Source: Candidatus Woesearchaeota archaeon
Lineage (GTDB): Archaea > Nanobdellota > Nanobdellia > SCGC-AAA011-G17 > UBA489
Assembly: GCA_018655015.1 (NCBI GenBank)
Contig: JABIKK010000008.1
Coordinates: 8,791 to 72,790 of the forward strand
Direction: 5' to 3'
Length of the DNA: 64,000 nt
This document shows, one piece after another, positions 10,101-19,865 of the stretch. Under the pieces are notes generated by a model. The model was not told where the DNA came from and did no database searches. It saw nothing but the letters and a program-made list of their open reading frames with translations. Every line of letters begins with the position of its first letter. Position 1 is the first letter of the stretch. The position numbers and the translations under genes are program-made.

Positions 10101-12002
10101 ATGACAGACATTATCGAAGAGATACTGAATGAGTTACCTAGCGAAGCTAAAGTTAGTGACACTTATTTTGAAGGCGCGAATATAATAGTTTATACTTCTA
10201 GTAAGGACTTTTTCTTGAATAATGGAGAGATTATAAGAAAAGTAGTCCAAAAGATTAAGAAAAGAGTTGAATTAAGACCCGATCCAAGTTTATGTATGGG
10301 GCTTGAAAAGGCAGAGAAAGAAATTAGGAAGCTTGCTCCAAAAGATGCGAAAGTTACAGAAGTTATTTTTGATCCTCAAAGATCTGTTGTAATAATTGAA
10401 GCTGAGAAACCCGGATCAATGATTGGTAAGCAAGGAGAAATATTGAGAGAAATTAAGAAAAAAACTTTATGGGTTCCAATAATTAAGAGAACGCCAATAA
10501 TTAAGAGTCAAATTATTGAGAATATTAGAAGTGTTTTATATCAGAATAATGATTATAGAAAGAAATTCCTGAATAAGGTGGGTCATAGAATCTATGACGG
10601 ATATTCTAAAGGTAAGAAAGAAGAATGGATTAAGGTAGGAATGCTTGGCGCTGGAAGACAAGTTGGAAGAAGTTGTATTTTAGTTCAAACTCCTGAAAGT
10701 AATGTTCTTTTGGATTGTGGAATTAACCCTGGAATTGATGCAGGTCCTGGATCTTATCCAATTTTAGATGCTCCAGAATTTAAACTATCTGATTTAGATG
10801 CTGTGATTTTGTCCCATGCACATATGGATCATTGTGGTTTTATTCCTTTCTTGTATAAGATGGGATTTAGGGGTCCAGTTTATGCTACTGAACCGACAAG
10901 AGACATTTCTGCTCTGTCATCATTAGATGCAATCGGAGTTTCATTTAAACAAGCAAAGAAAAATTTGTTTGATATTCAAGATGTAAAAGAAATGGTTAAG
11001 CATACAATCACTTTAGGTTGGGAAGAAGTTACAGATATTACTCCAGACATTAGAATGACTTTTTATAATTCTGGTCATATTTTGGGTAGTTCAATGACCC
11101 ACTTGAATATTGGTAACGGCGCTCATAATTTTATGTATACTGCAGATATGAAATATTTGGATACAAGAGTTTTGAATGCTGCGCATACAAGGTTCCCACG
11201 TTTAGAAACTGTAATGATTGAAAGTACATATGGTAATAAGGAAAGTGTTTTAGGTTCGAGAGAAAAAGCAGAAGAAGATTTGGTAGAAATTATTGAAAAG
11301 ACTAGGAAAAATAAAGGTAAAACTTTGATTCCGGTTTTAGGTGTTGGAAGGGCACAAGAATTATTATTGGTTTTAGAAGCTGCAATGCGTGAAGGTAGAA
11401 TAAAGAAAATGCCAATTTATGTTCAAGGAATGGTTTGGGATATTACTGCAATTCACACAGCTTACCCCGACTTTTTGAATAAAGATCTAAGAAGGTTGAT
11501 TTATCATAAGGATGAAAATCCATTTTTGAGTGATGTGTTTAAGAAAGTTGCAAGTAGGAAAGAGCAGGAACAAATAATGGAAGATTCATCTCCTTGTATA
11601 ATTCTGGCAACTGCAGGAATGCTTAATGCTGGTGCAAGTTTAGAATATTTTAAGAAAATGGCTGATAACCCTAAGAATAGTTTAGTTATGGTAACATATC
11701 AAGCACAGGGAACAATGGGTAGAAGAATCCAAGATGGGGAGAGAAAGATAATCTTCACTGATAATGGTAAGGCTACTGAGGTTGAGATTAAAATGGGCAT
11801 TCACATTATTACTGATTTTACTGGACATGCTGGAAGGAATGAATTAATGAAGTTCATAAAGGATTTGAGTCCTAGGCCCAAAAAAGTTATTGTACAACAT
11901 GGTGAAAGTTCAAGATGCTTAGATTTAGCTTCTAGTCTGCATAAGGCTTACAGGATGGAAACTACTTGCCCTAAGAATTTAGAAAGTATTAGGCTTAGAT
12001 AG
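10101..12002 (+). CDS. fttA: aCPSF1/FttA: KH-domain beta-CASP metallo-beta-lactamase ribonuclease (archaeal transcription termination factor)
   Basis: N-terminal KH domains, HAHMDHCG metallo-beta-lactamase motif, beta-CASP region. 633 aa, typical of aCPSF1. Confidence 0.9.
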   Translation: MTDIIEEILNELPSEAKVSDTYFEGANIIVYTSSKDFFLNNGEIIRKVVQKIKKRVELRPDPSLCMGLEKAEKEIRKLAPKDAKVTEVIFDPQRSVVIIEAEKPGSMIGKQGEILREIKKKTLWVPIIKRTPIIKSQIIENIRSVLYQNNDYRKKFLNKVGHRIYDGYSKGKKEEWIKVGMLGAGRQVGRSCILVQTPESNVLLDCGINPGIDAGPGSYPILDAPEFKLSDLDAVILSHAHMDHCGFIPFLYKMGFRGPVYATEPTRDISALSSLDAIGVSFKQAKKNLFDIQDVKEMVKHTITLGWEEVTDITPDIRMTFYNSGHILGSSMTHLNIGNGAHNFMYTADMKYLDTRVLNAAHTRFPRLETVMIESTYGNKESVLGSREKAEEDLVEIIEKTRKNKGKTLIPVLGVGRAQELLLVLEAAMREGRIKKMPIYVQGMVWDITAIHTAYPDFLNKDLRRLIYHKDENPFLSDVFKKVASRKEQEQIMEDSSPCIILATAGMLNAGASLEYFKKMADNPKNSLVMVTYQAQGTMGRRIQDGERKIIFTDNGKATEVEIKMGIHIITDFTGHAGRNELMKFIKDLSPRPKKVIVQHGESSRCLDLASSLHKAYRMETTCPKNLESIRLR

Positions 12003-12071
12003 TTATTACTTATTAGTTGTGACAAATAGAAAGATTTTTAAGTTGTTTTTTATTGGTATTTTTGTGAAAAA

Positions 12072-12551
12072 ATGCCGCACTTTGGAAATTTCGGAAAAAG
12101 TATTTTGTTTGTAGCTGTCTTATTTGGACTAGCTCTAGGCGTATTTGTTGGTGGTTTTGTGGAAGGTTATGCTTCTGCTGTTCCCGAGAAATTAAGTTCT
12201 TATGATCATGTTGATGAAAGTGAGATACTCTTGACTGGAAACACTGTTTTAATTAGTACTGGTCATGAATTAAGATGGTCTAAGTTTGAAGATACTAATT
12301 CTATGACTCCTCTATTTGATGAAGGTCATAATGGGTTGGAGTTTGTTCCAGAAAGTGTTTATGACATCCATTTGGGAGATGTAATCTCTTTTGATTATGA
12401 AGGAGAAACTTATATCCACAGAGTTGTTGAAATTGGGAATGATGAAGTTGGAAGATATTTTTTAACTAAAGGTGATAATAATTTTAATGTTGATGAAGGT
12501 GTTAGAAGGTTTGAAGATATTAATGGTGTTTTGTTTGGTGTAGTGTTTTAA
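12072..12551 (+). CDS. signal peptidase I, archaeal Sec11/SPC21 type
   Basis: N-terminal TM. Boxes TNSMTP (cf. SGSMEP), GDVISF, IHRVVEI and TKGDNN match the archaeal S26B signal peptidase. Confidence 0.65.
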   Translation: MPHFGNFGKSILFVAVLFGLALGVFVGGFVEGYASAVPEKLSSYDHVDESEILLTGNTVLISTGHELRWSKFEDTNSMTPLFDEGHNGLEFVPESVYDIHLGDVISFDYEGETYIHRVVEIGNDEVGRYFLTKGDNNFNVDEGVRRFEDINGVLFGVVF

Positions 12552-12608
12552 GAGCCTCAGAGATTTGTGTTAGGTAGAAGTGTCTATGAAAAAGATGTAG
12601 GTTTTTTG

Positions 12609-12905
12609 CTACTCTTCTTCGGATTGGCTAATTTCGAACTCCGTTAGGCAATGTTGTGAACAGAATTTGTAGGCCTTGCCTTTGAATTCATGCTCAATTA
12701 CTTCTGGGCCTTCTAGAATTGTTTTACAGCTTTTACAACGTGTAGATTCACTGCCAAATTCATTATACCCTTTCATGAAGCCTTCGTCAACATCTGTTAT
12801 TTCGTCTTCTTTTTCCATAAGATCTTCTCGACCTTCCTCGGAATAGATGCCAACGTTTTCATTGTCGGTGTTCCTTTCTGCTTCCTCTTTAGAATACTCA
12901 TTCAT
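12609..12905 (-). CDS. TRASH-domain metal-binding protein with an acidic N-terminal region
   Basis: C-terminal CKSC-x21-CSQHC fits the TRASH pattern C-x2-C-x19-22-C-x3-C. Confidence 0.55.
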   Translation of the reverse strand: MNEYSKEEAERNTDNENVGIYSEEGREDLMEKEDEITDVDEGFMKGYNEFGSESTRCKSCKTILEGPEVIEHEFKGKAYKFCSQHCLTEFEISQSEEE

Positions 12906-13267
12906 GCCGAAAGTGTGCTTAAACTTACTTTTAAATATTTGTCTTATGTAAAATAGAATTTGTTTTTTAGACTTGTCTTGGAGGAGGCAGAGGGAAAAAG
13001 AGGTGTTAGGGAAAGATAGGAAACCCCCTGCCTGCGTCCATGACTATGATGCGTCATTGTCTTTTGCGGATGTATATTTTTGCTAAGAAGGATCTAAAAC
13101 ATCACTTCTTTTTTGTTTTTTTCTTCGGGAAATATGGTAAGTCAAACTTGTATTTATAGTTATCTATGAAAACTGATTTTTAATTCAAAAGTGGTAATAG
13201 ATCTTTTTAACTTCAAGCGAAAATTTATATAATCTCTTTTAATTAATTAATATGGAGAGGTGATTTA

Positions 13268-14422
13268 TTGACTCATATATCTGAAAGGGAATACGATTTA
13301 CCCAATGCGGTTATTGGTAAATTGATGAAGGCTGCGGTTGAAGATAAGAGTGTAGTTTCTTTAGGACCAGGGGAACCTGATTTTGATTTACCCACACCAT
13401 TAGTAAAATATGTGAAAGAATATGCTGCTAGTAGTAACCACTATAGTCCTCCTGGAGGTATTGTGGAACTTAGAGAAGCATTAGTTAAGAAACTAAAGAA
13501 AGAAAATAAAATTGATGTCCATCCTGATAATATTATTGTAACTAATGGGAGTCAAGAAGCTTTGTTGTTGGCTACTGCCTGTACTCTGGATGTGAGTGAA
13601 CAAGTTATAATTCCCAATCCTAGCTATTTAGGTTATTTACCTATGTTTGAATTATTCAATGCCTTTCCCGTTGCATTGGAGTTGAAGCCGGAAGATGGTT
13701 GGCATGTTAATCCGGATGAGATGAAGAAATTAATTAATAAAAAGACTAAGGCGATACTATTGAACTCTCCTGGGAATCCTACTGGAAATGTTTTACCTAA
13801 AAAGATTCTTGAGGAAGTTGCGGATATTGCAGTGGATAATGATCTGTATGTTTTCAGTGATGAGGCTTATGAGAAATTAGTCTATGGAAAGAAGCACCAT
13901 AGCATTGGATCCTTTAATGGGATGAATAAATATGTTGTGACGATGCATACTTTTAGCAAGACCTATGCAATGTGTGGCTATAGGGTGGGTTATGCAGTTG
14001 GCCCAACACCTCTTATTGAAGCCATGAATAAAACTCATGTTTACACTACATCTTGTGCTCCTACCTTATCACAAAGAGTTGCTGTTAAGGCATTAAGTTT
14101 GAAAAAATCTTATATTGATAAGATGGTTAAAGAATATGATCGGAGAAGAAAGATGATTGTTAAAGGCTTGAATCAAATTGGTTTAGAAACTGTTACGCCC
14201 AATGGGGCATTCTATACTATGTCTAAGATAGATCATTTATCGGATGATAGTTTTAAGTTTGCTTTTGATTTGCTAAAAAAGGCGAAGGTCGGAGTTGTAC
14301 CTGGAAGAGAGTTTGGTAGGTTTGGGGAAGGGTATATTCGATGTAGTTATGCTACAGATTATAAATTGATTGAAGAAGCTTTGAGGCGTATGGATAAATT
14401 TATAAGTAAAATTAAGAAATGA
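13268..14422 (+). CDS. PLP-dependent class I/II aminotransferase (aspartate aminotransferase-like)
   Basis: Fold-type I aminotransferase pattern with PLP lysine in FSKTYAMCGYRVGY and NPTGNV motif. Called TTG start is preceded by the RBS-like GGAGAGGTGA. Confidence 0.85.
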   Translation: MTHISEREYDLPNAVIGKLMKAAVEDKSVVSLGPGEPDFDLPTPLVKYVKEYAASSNHYSPPGGIVELREALVKKLKKENKIDVHPDNIIVTNGSQEALLLATACTLDVSEQVIIPNPSYLGYLPMFELFNAFPVALELKPEDGWHVNPDEMKKLINKKTKAILLNSPGNPTGNVLPKKILEEVADIAVDNDLYVFSDEAYEKLVYGKKHHSIGSFNGMNKYVVTMHTFSKTYAMCGYRVGYAVGPTPLIEAMNKTHVYTTSCAPTLSQRVAVKALSLKKSYIDKMVKEYDRRRKMIVKGLNQIGLETVTPNGAFYTMSKIDHLSDDSFKFAFDLLKKAKVGVVPGREFGRFGEGYIRCSYATDYKLIEEALRRMDKFISKIKK

Positions 14423-14429
14423 GCGTTCT

Positions 14430-14666
14430 ATGTTTAAAATTATACATGATAGGCCTAGCTGTATTGGTTGTGGTGTTTGTGCTGCAATAAATCCTGATCA
14501 TTGGACTATGTCTTCTGAAGATGGTAAGAGTAATGTGGTTGGATGTGAGGAAGTAGGCACTGATGAAGTTTTGGAGATTGAAGAATTAGGTAAAGATTTA
14601 GATGCTGCTGAGGCTTGTCCAGTTAATTGTATTCATTTGTACGATAAAGATAAGAAATTGATATGA
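14430..14666 (+). CDS. single-cluster 4Fe-4S ferredoxin-like protein
   Basis: CIGCGVCAA (C-x2-C-x2-C) plus distal ACPVNCI. Small, acidic. Confidence 0.7.
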   Translation: MFKIIHDRPSCIGCGVCAAINPDHWTMSSEDGKSNVVGCEEVGTDEVLEIEELGKDLDAAEACPVNCIHLYDKDKKLI

Positions 14667-14706
14667 TAACCTTTTAATAGGTAGTTAGTTTGGTTTAATC
14701 CAGAGG

Positions 14707-15477
14707 TTGATGATGGTAAGGGGTATGGATTTCTTTAAGGTTCATCCAAAATATAAGGATGGTATTAGCTTGGCAGATCATAAGGAGTTACATGCTCCTG
14801 CTGGAAAGTTTTTGAGACATGCGATCTTTGGTATGAATGATGGTCTTGTTAGTGTCTTGGCTTTAACTGCAGGTTTAACTGGGGCATTGCTAAGTAAAAA
14901 TATTGTTATTATTGCAGGTGTTACAGAAATGATTGCAGGGGCAATTTCTATGTCTCTTGGAACATATATTAGCACTAAAAGTCAAATTGAATTTTATAAA
15001 AGGGAAGTTAAAAGAGAAAAGGAAGATATGGAGAGGTTACCTACTCTTGAAAAAAGCCATGTTAAAGAAATTTACCAGGGAAAAGGATTCAGGGGAGCTG
15101 AGTTAGAAAAGGTTGTTAATAAATTGACCTCTAATAAGAAGATTTGGTTGGATGTTTTAGTTAATGAGGAATTAGGATTAAGTAGTTCTAAGATGGAGAA
15201 TGCCTTTTCTGCTGGAGTGGTAATGTTTTTCTCTTTTATATTTGGAGCTTTGATTCCCTTATCTTCATTTTTCTTATTGCCTACTGGTTTTGCATTAAAG
15301 GCTGCAGTCATTTCTTCATTAGCAGTTTTATTTTTAGCTGGTGCTGGGAAGACACATTTTACTGGTGGAAATTGGATTAAGAGTGGGTTTGAAATGGTTG
15401 TCATAGGTGCATTAGCAACTACTGCCGCTTATTATGCAGGGCATATCATTAGTGGGATTGTAGCTTATTTGGTATAG
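14707..15477 (+). CDS. VIT1/CCC1-family iron/manganese transporter
   Basis: GMNDGLVSVLALTAG signature, 5 TM segments, central cytoplasmic loop. Confidence 0.8.
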   Translation: MMMVRGMDFFKVHPKYKDGISLADHKELHAPAGKFLRHAIFGMNDGLVSVLALTAGLTGALLSKNIVIIAGVTEMIAGAISMSLGTYISTKSQIEFYKREVKREKEDMERLPTLEKSHVKEIYQGKGFRGAELEKVVNKLTSNKKIWLDVLVNEELGLSSSKMENAFSAGVVMFFSFIFGALIPLSSFFLLPTGFALKAAVISSLAVLFLAGAGKTHFTGGNWIKSGFEMVVIGALATTAAYYAGHIISGIVAYLV

Positions 15478-15566
15478 GCATTTTATGTGGAAAATTTCAC
15501 GTGTAAATTTAATTACTATCAACTCTACTTGTTAGTTTCTTCTACGAGAAAATTTATAAAACAAAT

Positions 15567-15836
15567 TTGGGAATAAATATCGTGGCAAAATACAAAGTGG
15601 TTTATGAAAGGAATGGTTGCATTGGCGCAGCTGCTTGTGCTGCTTTGTTAGAAGAGAGATGGAAACTTTCTGATATGGATGGAAAAGCTAATCTAGTTAG
15701 TGGAGTGGAAACTAAACCTGGAGTATTTGAATATGAATTTACAGAGGAACAGCTAGGAAAGATCTTAGAGTCTGCTGAGGCCTGTCCTGTGAATGTAATA
15801 CATATTTACGATGAAGAGGGCAAAAAGCTTATCTAG
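15567..15836 (+). CDS. ferredoxin-like paralog with a degenerate cluster-binding site
   Basis: Aligns to the 14430 ferredoxin but reads CIGAAACAA and ACPVNVI, so two of the Cys ligands are replaced by Ala/Val. Confidence 0.6.
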   Translation: MGINIVAKYKVVYERNGCIGAAACAALLEERWKLSDMDGKANLVSGVETKPGVFEYEFTEEQLGKILESAEACPVNVIHIYDEEGKKLI

Positions 15837-15871
15837 TAAACCTTTAATATAACAATATATTTCTAATATAC

Positions 15872-16072
15872 ATGAAAGAGGATGATACTGACGAAGGACT
15901 ATTGAAATTGTTAAAAGAATCAATGAAAAATGAAGAAGTAATTGAAGAAGTTTTTGATACTGATAAGGCTGAAGGCGATGAGGCTTTTGATGAAGCATTT
16001 CAGATGCTTTTAGAATACTATGAAGGATACAAGGTAGATGATACTTTGAGTCCGTTCTTTCATGAGGATTAA
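15872..16072 (+). CDS. small acidic hypothetical protein
   Basis: ORF only. Highly acidic composition. Confidence 0.3.
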   Translation: MKEDDTDEGLLKLLKESMKNEEVIEEVFDTDKAEGDEAFDEAFQMLLEYYEGYKVDDTLSPFFHED

Positions 16073-16556
16073 AATGAATTTTAGAAAGGATTTTACAAAT
16101 ATTGAAGGAGATGGAGTTTTAGATACTCATGGGGTTGCTCTAAAAACTGCTATGGAAGGAAGTTCTGAATGGAAATCACATGTTTCTAATTGTAAAGATG
16201 CTAAAGTTAATTTTCTTAGCGTTGGTGGCGAGAGAATAATTACAAACGATGAAAGAAGTAAATTATTTGATGAAGAGATCTGGAGAAAAGGGCTAGAAGA
16301 GAAATCTAAGATGATGTTAAGTGGGGACCGCAAGGGCTTTGATAAAAAATCTGAGGATACCCTTAAGTCTGAGAATTTTAATCTAGGATCTACTTTTGAT
16401 TCTGAAAAGTATGAAAAACAATTACTTTCTGTGGGTTGTATGTGTGGTGTAGAAGTTAATTTAGATTCTGTTAGTGTTGATGGAAGTTATAGTGTTTCTT
16501 CTTCTGTAGGAAGTTACCTTACTTCTGATAAGAAAGGAACGATGACTTATGAGTGA
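16062..16556 (+). CDS. hypothetical protein
   Basis: ORF with coding-like composition. No motif recognised. Confidence 0.4.
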   Translation: MRIKMNFRKDFTNIEGDGVLDTHGVALKTAMEGSSEWKSHVSNCKDAKVNFLSVGGERIITNDERSKLFDEEIWRKGLEEKSKMMLSGDRKGFDKKSEDTLKSENFNLGSTFDSEKYEKQLLSVGCMCGVEVNLDSVSVDGSYSVSSSVGSYLTSDKKGTMTYE

Positions 16557-16779
16557 AGGGAAGGTTTGTTCTAAGGAAACTAAGATATGTCCTAGATGTA
16601 AGAGTGGTCATGTTGAGATTGAAGGTGATGATTTCTTTAGTTATGTTGTCTGTATGGAGTGTGGGTTTGATGAAAGCCTTGAATATGAATCAGATTCTAA
16701 TGAAAAGGGTGCCAAAGGTGGTGGAGGAAGTCCTTACAAGCGTGGAGGGGCCCTTAGAGTACAAAAACATACCAAATAG
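16549..16779 (+). CDS. small zinc-ribbon protein
   Basis: CPRC-x16-CMEC four-Cys ribbon. Gly-rich basic tail. Confidence 0.45.
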   Translation: MSEGKVCSKETKICPRCKSGHVEIEGDDFFSYVVCMECGFDESLEYESDSNEKGAKGGGGSPYKRGGALRVQKHTK

Positions 16780-16832
16780 TAATTCTTTATAAACATAAAT
16801 ATTAAAAAGAGGCGTTCTATATTTGATTCCTA

Positions 16833-17489
16833 ATGGCAGATGTTTTAATTATCATTGCACCTCAGGATTTTAAGGATGAGGAGTATTTTCATGTTAGAGA
16901 AGAACTTGAAAATGCAGGACATAAGGTTGTAGTTTCTAGTTTGCAAGATGTTGCTAGTTCTGTTGAGAATAAAGAAGTTGTTACTGATGTTTTAATCGAT
17001 GAAGCAGATGTTGCTGATTATGATGCTTTGGTGCTTGTTGGTGGTGCAGGTGCAAGTGTTTATTTTGAAAATGAGAAAGTTCTTGAAATGTGTTATCAAA
17101 CTGTTGAACAGGGAAAGTTGATCGCTGCTATTTGTATTGCTCCTGGGATATTAGCTAGGGCAGGCGTTTTAGCAGGTAAGAATGCAACTTCATTTGAATC
17201 TGAGTTAGCTACATTGGATGAAGCTGGTGCAATTACTTCCGATAGTCATGTTGTTGTTGATGGACAGATAGTTACTGCTGATGGTCCTCAAGCTGCTAGG
17301 GAGTTTGGTAAAAAGATTGCTGAACTTTTGAAAGAAGATAATGAAGAAGAGGTTGTTGAAGAGACTAAAGAATATTATCCTTCTAACGGTGATGATGAGA
17401 AAACTGATGATGGTTTTGATAAGAATGAGCCTTACTATGGTGATGATAAACATCATGAGAAAAGAGTAGTTGAAGAAGATTCAAATTAA
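16833..17489 (+). CDS. DJ-1/PfpI family protein with an acidic C-terminal extension
   Basis: Nucleophile-elbow Cys in AAICIAPGILARAG. Class I glutamine amidotransferase-like fold. Confidence 0.8.
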   Translation: MADVLIIIAPQDFKDEEYFHVREELENAGHKVVVSSLQDVASSVENKEVVTDVLIDEADVADYDALVLVGGAGASVYFENEKVLEMCYQTVEQGKLIAAICIAPGILARAGVLAGKNATSFESELATLDEAGAITSDSHVVVDGQIVTADGPQAAREFGKKIAELLKEDNEEEVVEETKEYYPSNGDDEKTDDGFDKNEPYYGDDKHHEKRVVEEDSN

Positions 17490-17567
17490 TTTTATCTTGT
17501 TCTAATGTGTTTTATTAATCTAAATCAACATAATCTTTAAATAGAGCTTTTGATTTGATGTAATTCT

Positions 17568-18470
17568 ATGAAAGACGTTATTATTCTTGGAGGCGGTGCT
17601 GCTGGATTGGGTGCTGCTTTGTATTCCGCTAGGTTTAGCTTGGATACTATTTGTATTGCTAAAGAGATGGGTGGAACAGGTAACATTGCTCATAAGGTGG
17701 ATAACTGGATTGGAGAGCCTGGAATAAGTGGTATGGATTTAATGGATAAATTTGCTAAACATGTTAAAGATTACAAAGTTCCGTTAATTACTGACATTGT
17801 TAAAGAAATAAAGAAGGTTGATGGTGGCTTCGAGGTTGTTTGTGAAAAAGAAACTTATCAAGGCAAAACTGTTATTTTTGCATTAGGTATGAAACATAGA
17901 GAACTTGGAATTCCTGGAGAAAAAGAATTTTCAGGAAAGGGAGTACATTACTGTTATACTTGTGATGGTCCGTTGTATAAGGATAGTACTATTGCTGTTG
18001 TAGGTGGAAGCGACTCTGCAGCCTTGGGTGCAATATTTATGAAAGATTATGCTAAGAAAGTTTATGTTATTTATAGAGGGGATAAATTAAGGGCCGAACC
18101 AATTAGTGCTAAACAAGTTTATGACGATGAAAAAACTGAAGTCATACATAATGCCAATGTTGTTGAAGTTGTTGGAGACAAGATGATGACTAAGGTAAAA
18201 CTAGATACTGGAAAAGAATTAGATTTAGATGGTTTGTTTATTGAAATTGGACATATTCCTTTGAATGAAATTGCAGAAAAAGTAGGAGTTAAATTGGATG
18301 GAAGGGGTTTTATTGATGTTAACAAAGAACAAGCAACTAATGTTGAAGGTTTCTTTGCTGCAGGAGATATAACTAATTCAACTAGTTTAAAACAATTTAT
18401 CACATCTGCTGCTGAAGGAAGTATTGCTGCACAAGGTGCGTATCATTATCTTACGAGGTTAAAAAAATGA
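17568..18470 (+). CDS. trxB: thioredoxin reductase-like FAD/NAD(P) pyridine-nucleotide disulfide oxidoreductase
   Basis: GGGAAGLGAALY FAD motif, redox-active CYTCDG, second Rossmann GGSDSAAL. Confidence 0.85.
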   Translation: MKDVIILGGGAAGLGAALYSARFSLDTICIAKEMGGTGNIAHKVDNWIGEPGISGMDLMDKFAKHVKDYKVPLITDIVKEIKKVDGGFEVVCEKETYQGKTVIFALGMKHRELGIPGEKEFSGKGVHYCYTCDGPLYKDSTIAVVGGSDSAALGAIFMKDYAKKVYVIYRGDKLRAEPISAKQVYDDEKTEVIHNANVVEVVGDKMMTKVKLDTGKELDLDGLFIEIGHIPLNEIAEKVGVKLDGRGFIDVNKEQATNVEGFFAAGDITNSTSLKQFITSAAEGSIAAQGAYHYLTRLKK

Positions 18471-19573
18471 TTGAATATGATAGTTATGGTCCAGAAAAAG
18501 TTCTGGAAGTTTACCATCCTAAGTCTGGGATGAGGGGTTTTGTAGTAATTGATAGTACTGCATTGGGTCCTGCTAAAGGTGGAGTTAGAATGACTCCTAC
18601 AGTTACACCACATGAAGTTTCTAGATTGGCAAGAGCCATGACTTGGAAGAATGCTTTGGCAGATTTGCCTTTTGGTGGTGGAAAAGGTGGAATTATTGGT
18701 AATGATAAGGATATGAGCCCTGAAGAAAAAGCTGAATTTGTTAAGGCTTTTGCAGAAGGTTTGAAAGTTATTTGTCCTGAACATTATGTTTCTGCTCCAG
18801 ATATGAATATGGCTGAAAGTGAAATGAAAATTATGGCTGAAACTATTGGAGATATGAAAGCATGTACTGGTAAACCTGCAAACATGGGAGGATTACCTCA
18901 TGAGTTGGGTAGCACTGGTTTTGGAGTTTTTCATTCTACTAAGGTTGCAGTTGAACATTTAGGATTGGACCTGAAAGATTTAACATTTGCAGTTGAAGGT
19001 TTTGGAAATGTTGGATGGTTTGTTTCTAAGTTTATGACTGAAGCAGGATCTAAATTAGTTGCTGCGTCTGACTCAAGAGGAGTAATTTATAATAAAGAAG
19101 GTTTGGACTTCGAAAAATTAGCTAAGGCTAAGGAAGAAGAAAAGACTGTTACCAAATATGGGGATGGTGAAGTTCTACCAAGTCACGACATTAAGAAGGT
19201 TGATGCAGATATTTTGATTACTGCAGCAGTCCCAGATTTAATTAATGCTGGTGATGTTGATGAAATGAAATTCAAATTAATCGTTGAAGGGAGTAATATC
19301 CCAATGATTCATGAGGTTGAAGAACTGCTCCATAAGAAAGGAGTATTAGTTGTTCCAGACTTTGTTGCTAACTCCGGAGGAGTTATGAGTAGTTATGTTG
19401 AGTACATTGGTGGGACAGAAGAAGAAATGTGGAAACTAATTGAAGAAAAAATTACAAAGAATACTAAATTGGTTTTAGATGGAGCTAAAGAAAAAGGTTG
19501 TTCTCCCAGAGAGAAGGGAATGGAAATAGCTGAAAAAAGAGTTTTAGCTAAATGTGACGTTTGTAAGGTCTAA
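18467..19573 (+). CDS. Glu/Leu/Phe/Val dehydrogenase family (glutamate dehydrogenase-like)
   Basis: LPFGGGKGGI motif and NAD(P) domain GFGNVGW. Start overlaps the trxB stop as ATGA. Confidence 0.85.
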   Translation: MIEYDSYGPEKVLEVYHPKSGMRGFVVIDSTALGPAKGGVRMTPTVTPHEVSRLARAMTWKNALADLPFGGGKGGIIGNDKDMSPEEKAEFVKAFAEGLKVICPEHYVSAPDMNMAESEMKIMAETIGDMKACTGKPANMGGLPHELGSTGFGVFHSTKVAVEHLGLDLKDLTFAVEGFGNVGWFVSKFMTEAGSKLVAASDSRGVIYNKEGLDFEKLAKAKEEEKTVTKYGDGEVLPSHDIKKVDADILITAAVPDLINAGDVDEMKFKLIVEGSNIPMIHEVEELLHKKGVLVVPDFVANSGGVMSSYVEYIGGTEEEMWKLIEEKITKNTKLVLDGAKEKGCSPREKGMEIAEKRVLAKCDVCKV

Positions 19574-19865
19574 AGAGATATTTCTTTAGGTCTATTTTAT
19601 TATTTTCTATAATAATTCCTTCTTTTTTTAGTAGTTTTACTTTATTTTTTGTTCCTGAGGCGAAACCACCAATTCTTCCATCTGAATTTATTACTCTATG
19701 GCATGGCACTTCTGGGGCGTAGGGGTTTTTGTTCATAGCAGTTCCTACAGCACGGTATGCCTTTGAATTAAGTGCATTAGCTATTTCTTTGTATGTTGTG
19801 ACTTTCCCCTTTGGCACTTTTTTTAGTACTTTGTAACATCTTTCATTGAAATTCATTTTTACCAT
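19548..19865 (-). CDS. ogt: methylated-DNA-protein-cysteine methyltransferase, short form (C-terminal domain only)
   Basis: VPCHRVINSDGRIGGF active-site PCHRV motif. Only 105 aa. Confidence 0.8.
   Translation of the reverse strand: MVKMNFNERCYKVLKKVPKGKVTTYKEIANALNSKAYRAVGTAMNKNPYAPEVPCHRVINSDGRIGGFASGTKNKVKLLKKEGIIIENNKIDLKKYLFRPYKRHI

Noticed and set aside
16553-16792. 79-aa ORF in an alternative frame to the Zn-ribbon gene
   Set aside because: Same-strand out-of-frame overlap of essentially its whole length. The Zn-ribbon frame has the conserved CxxC pairs, and this one has no motif.
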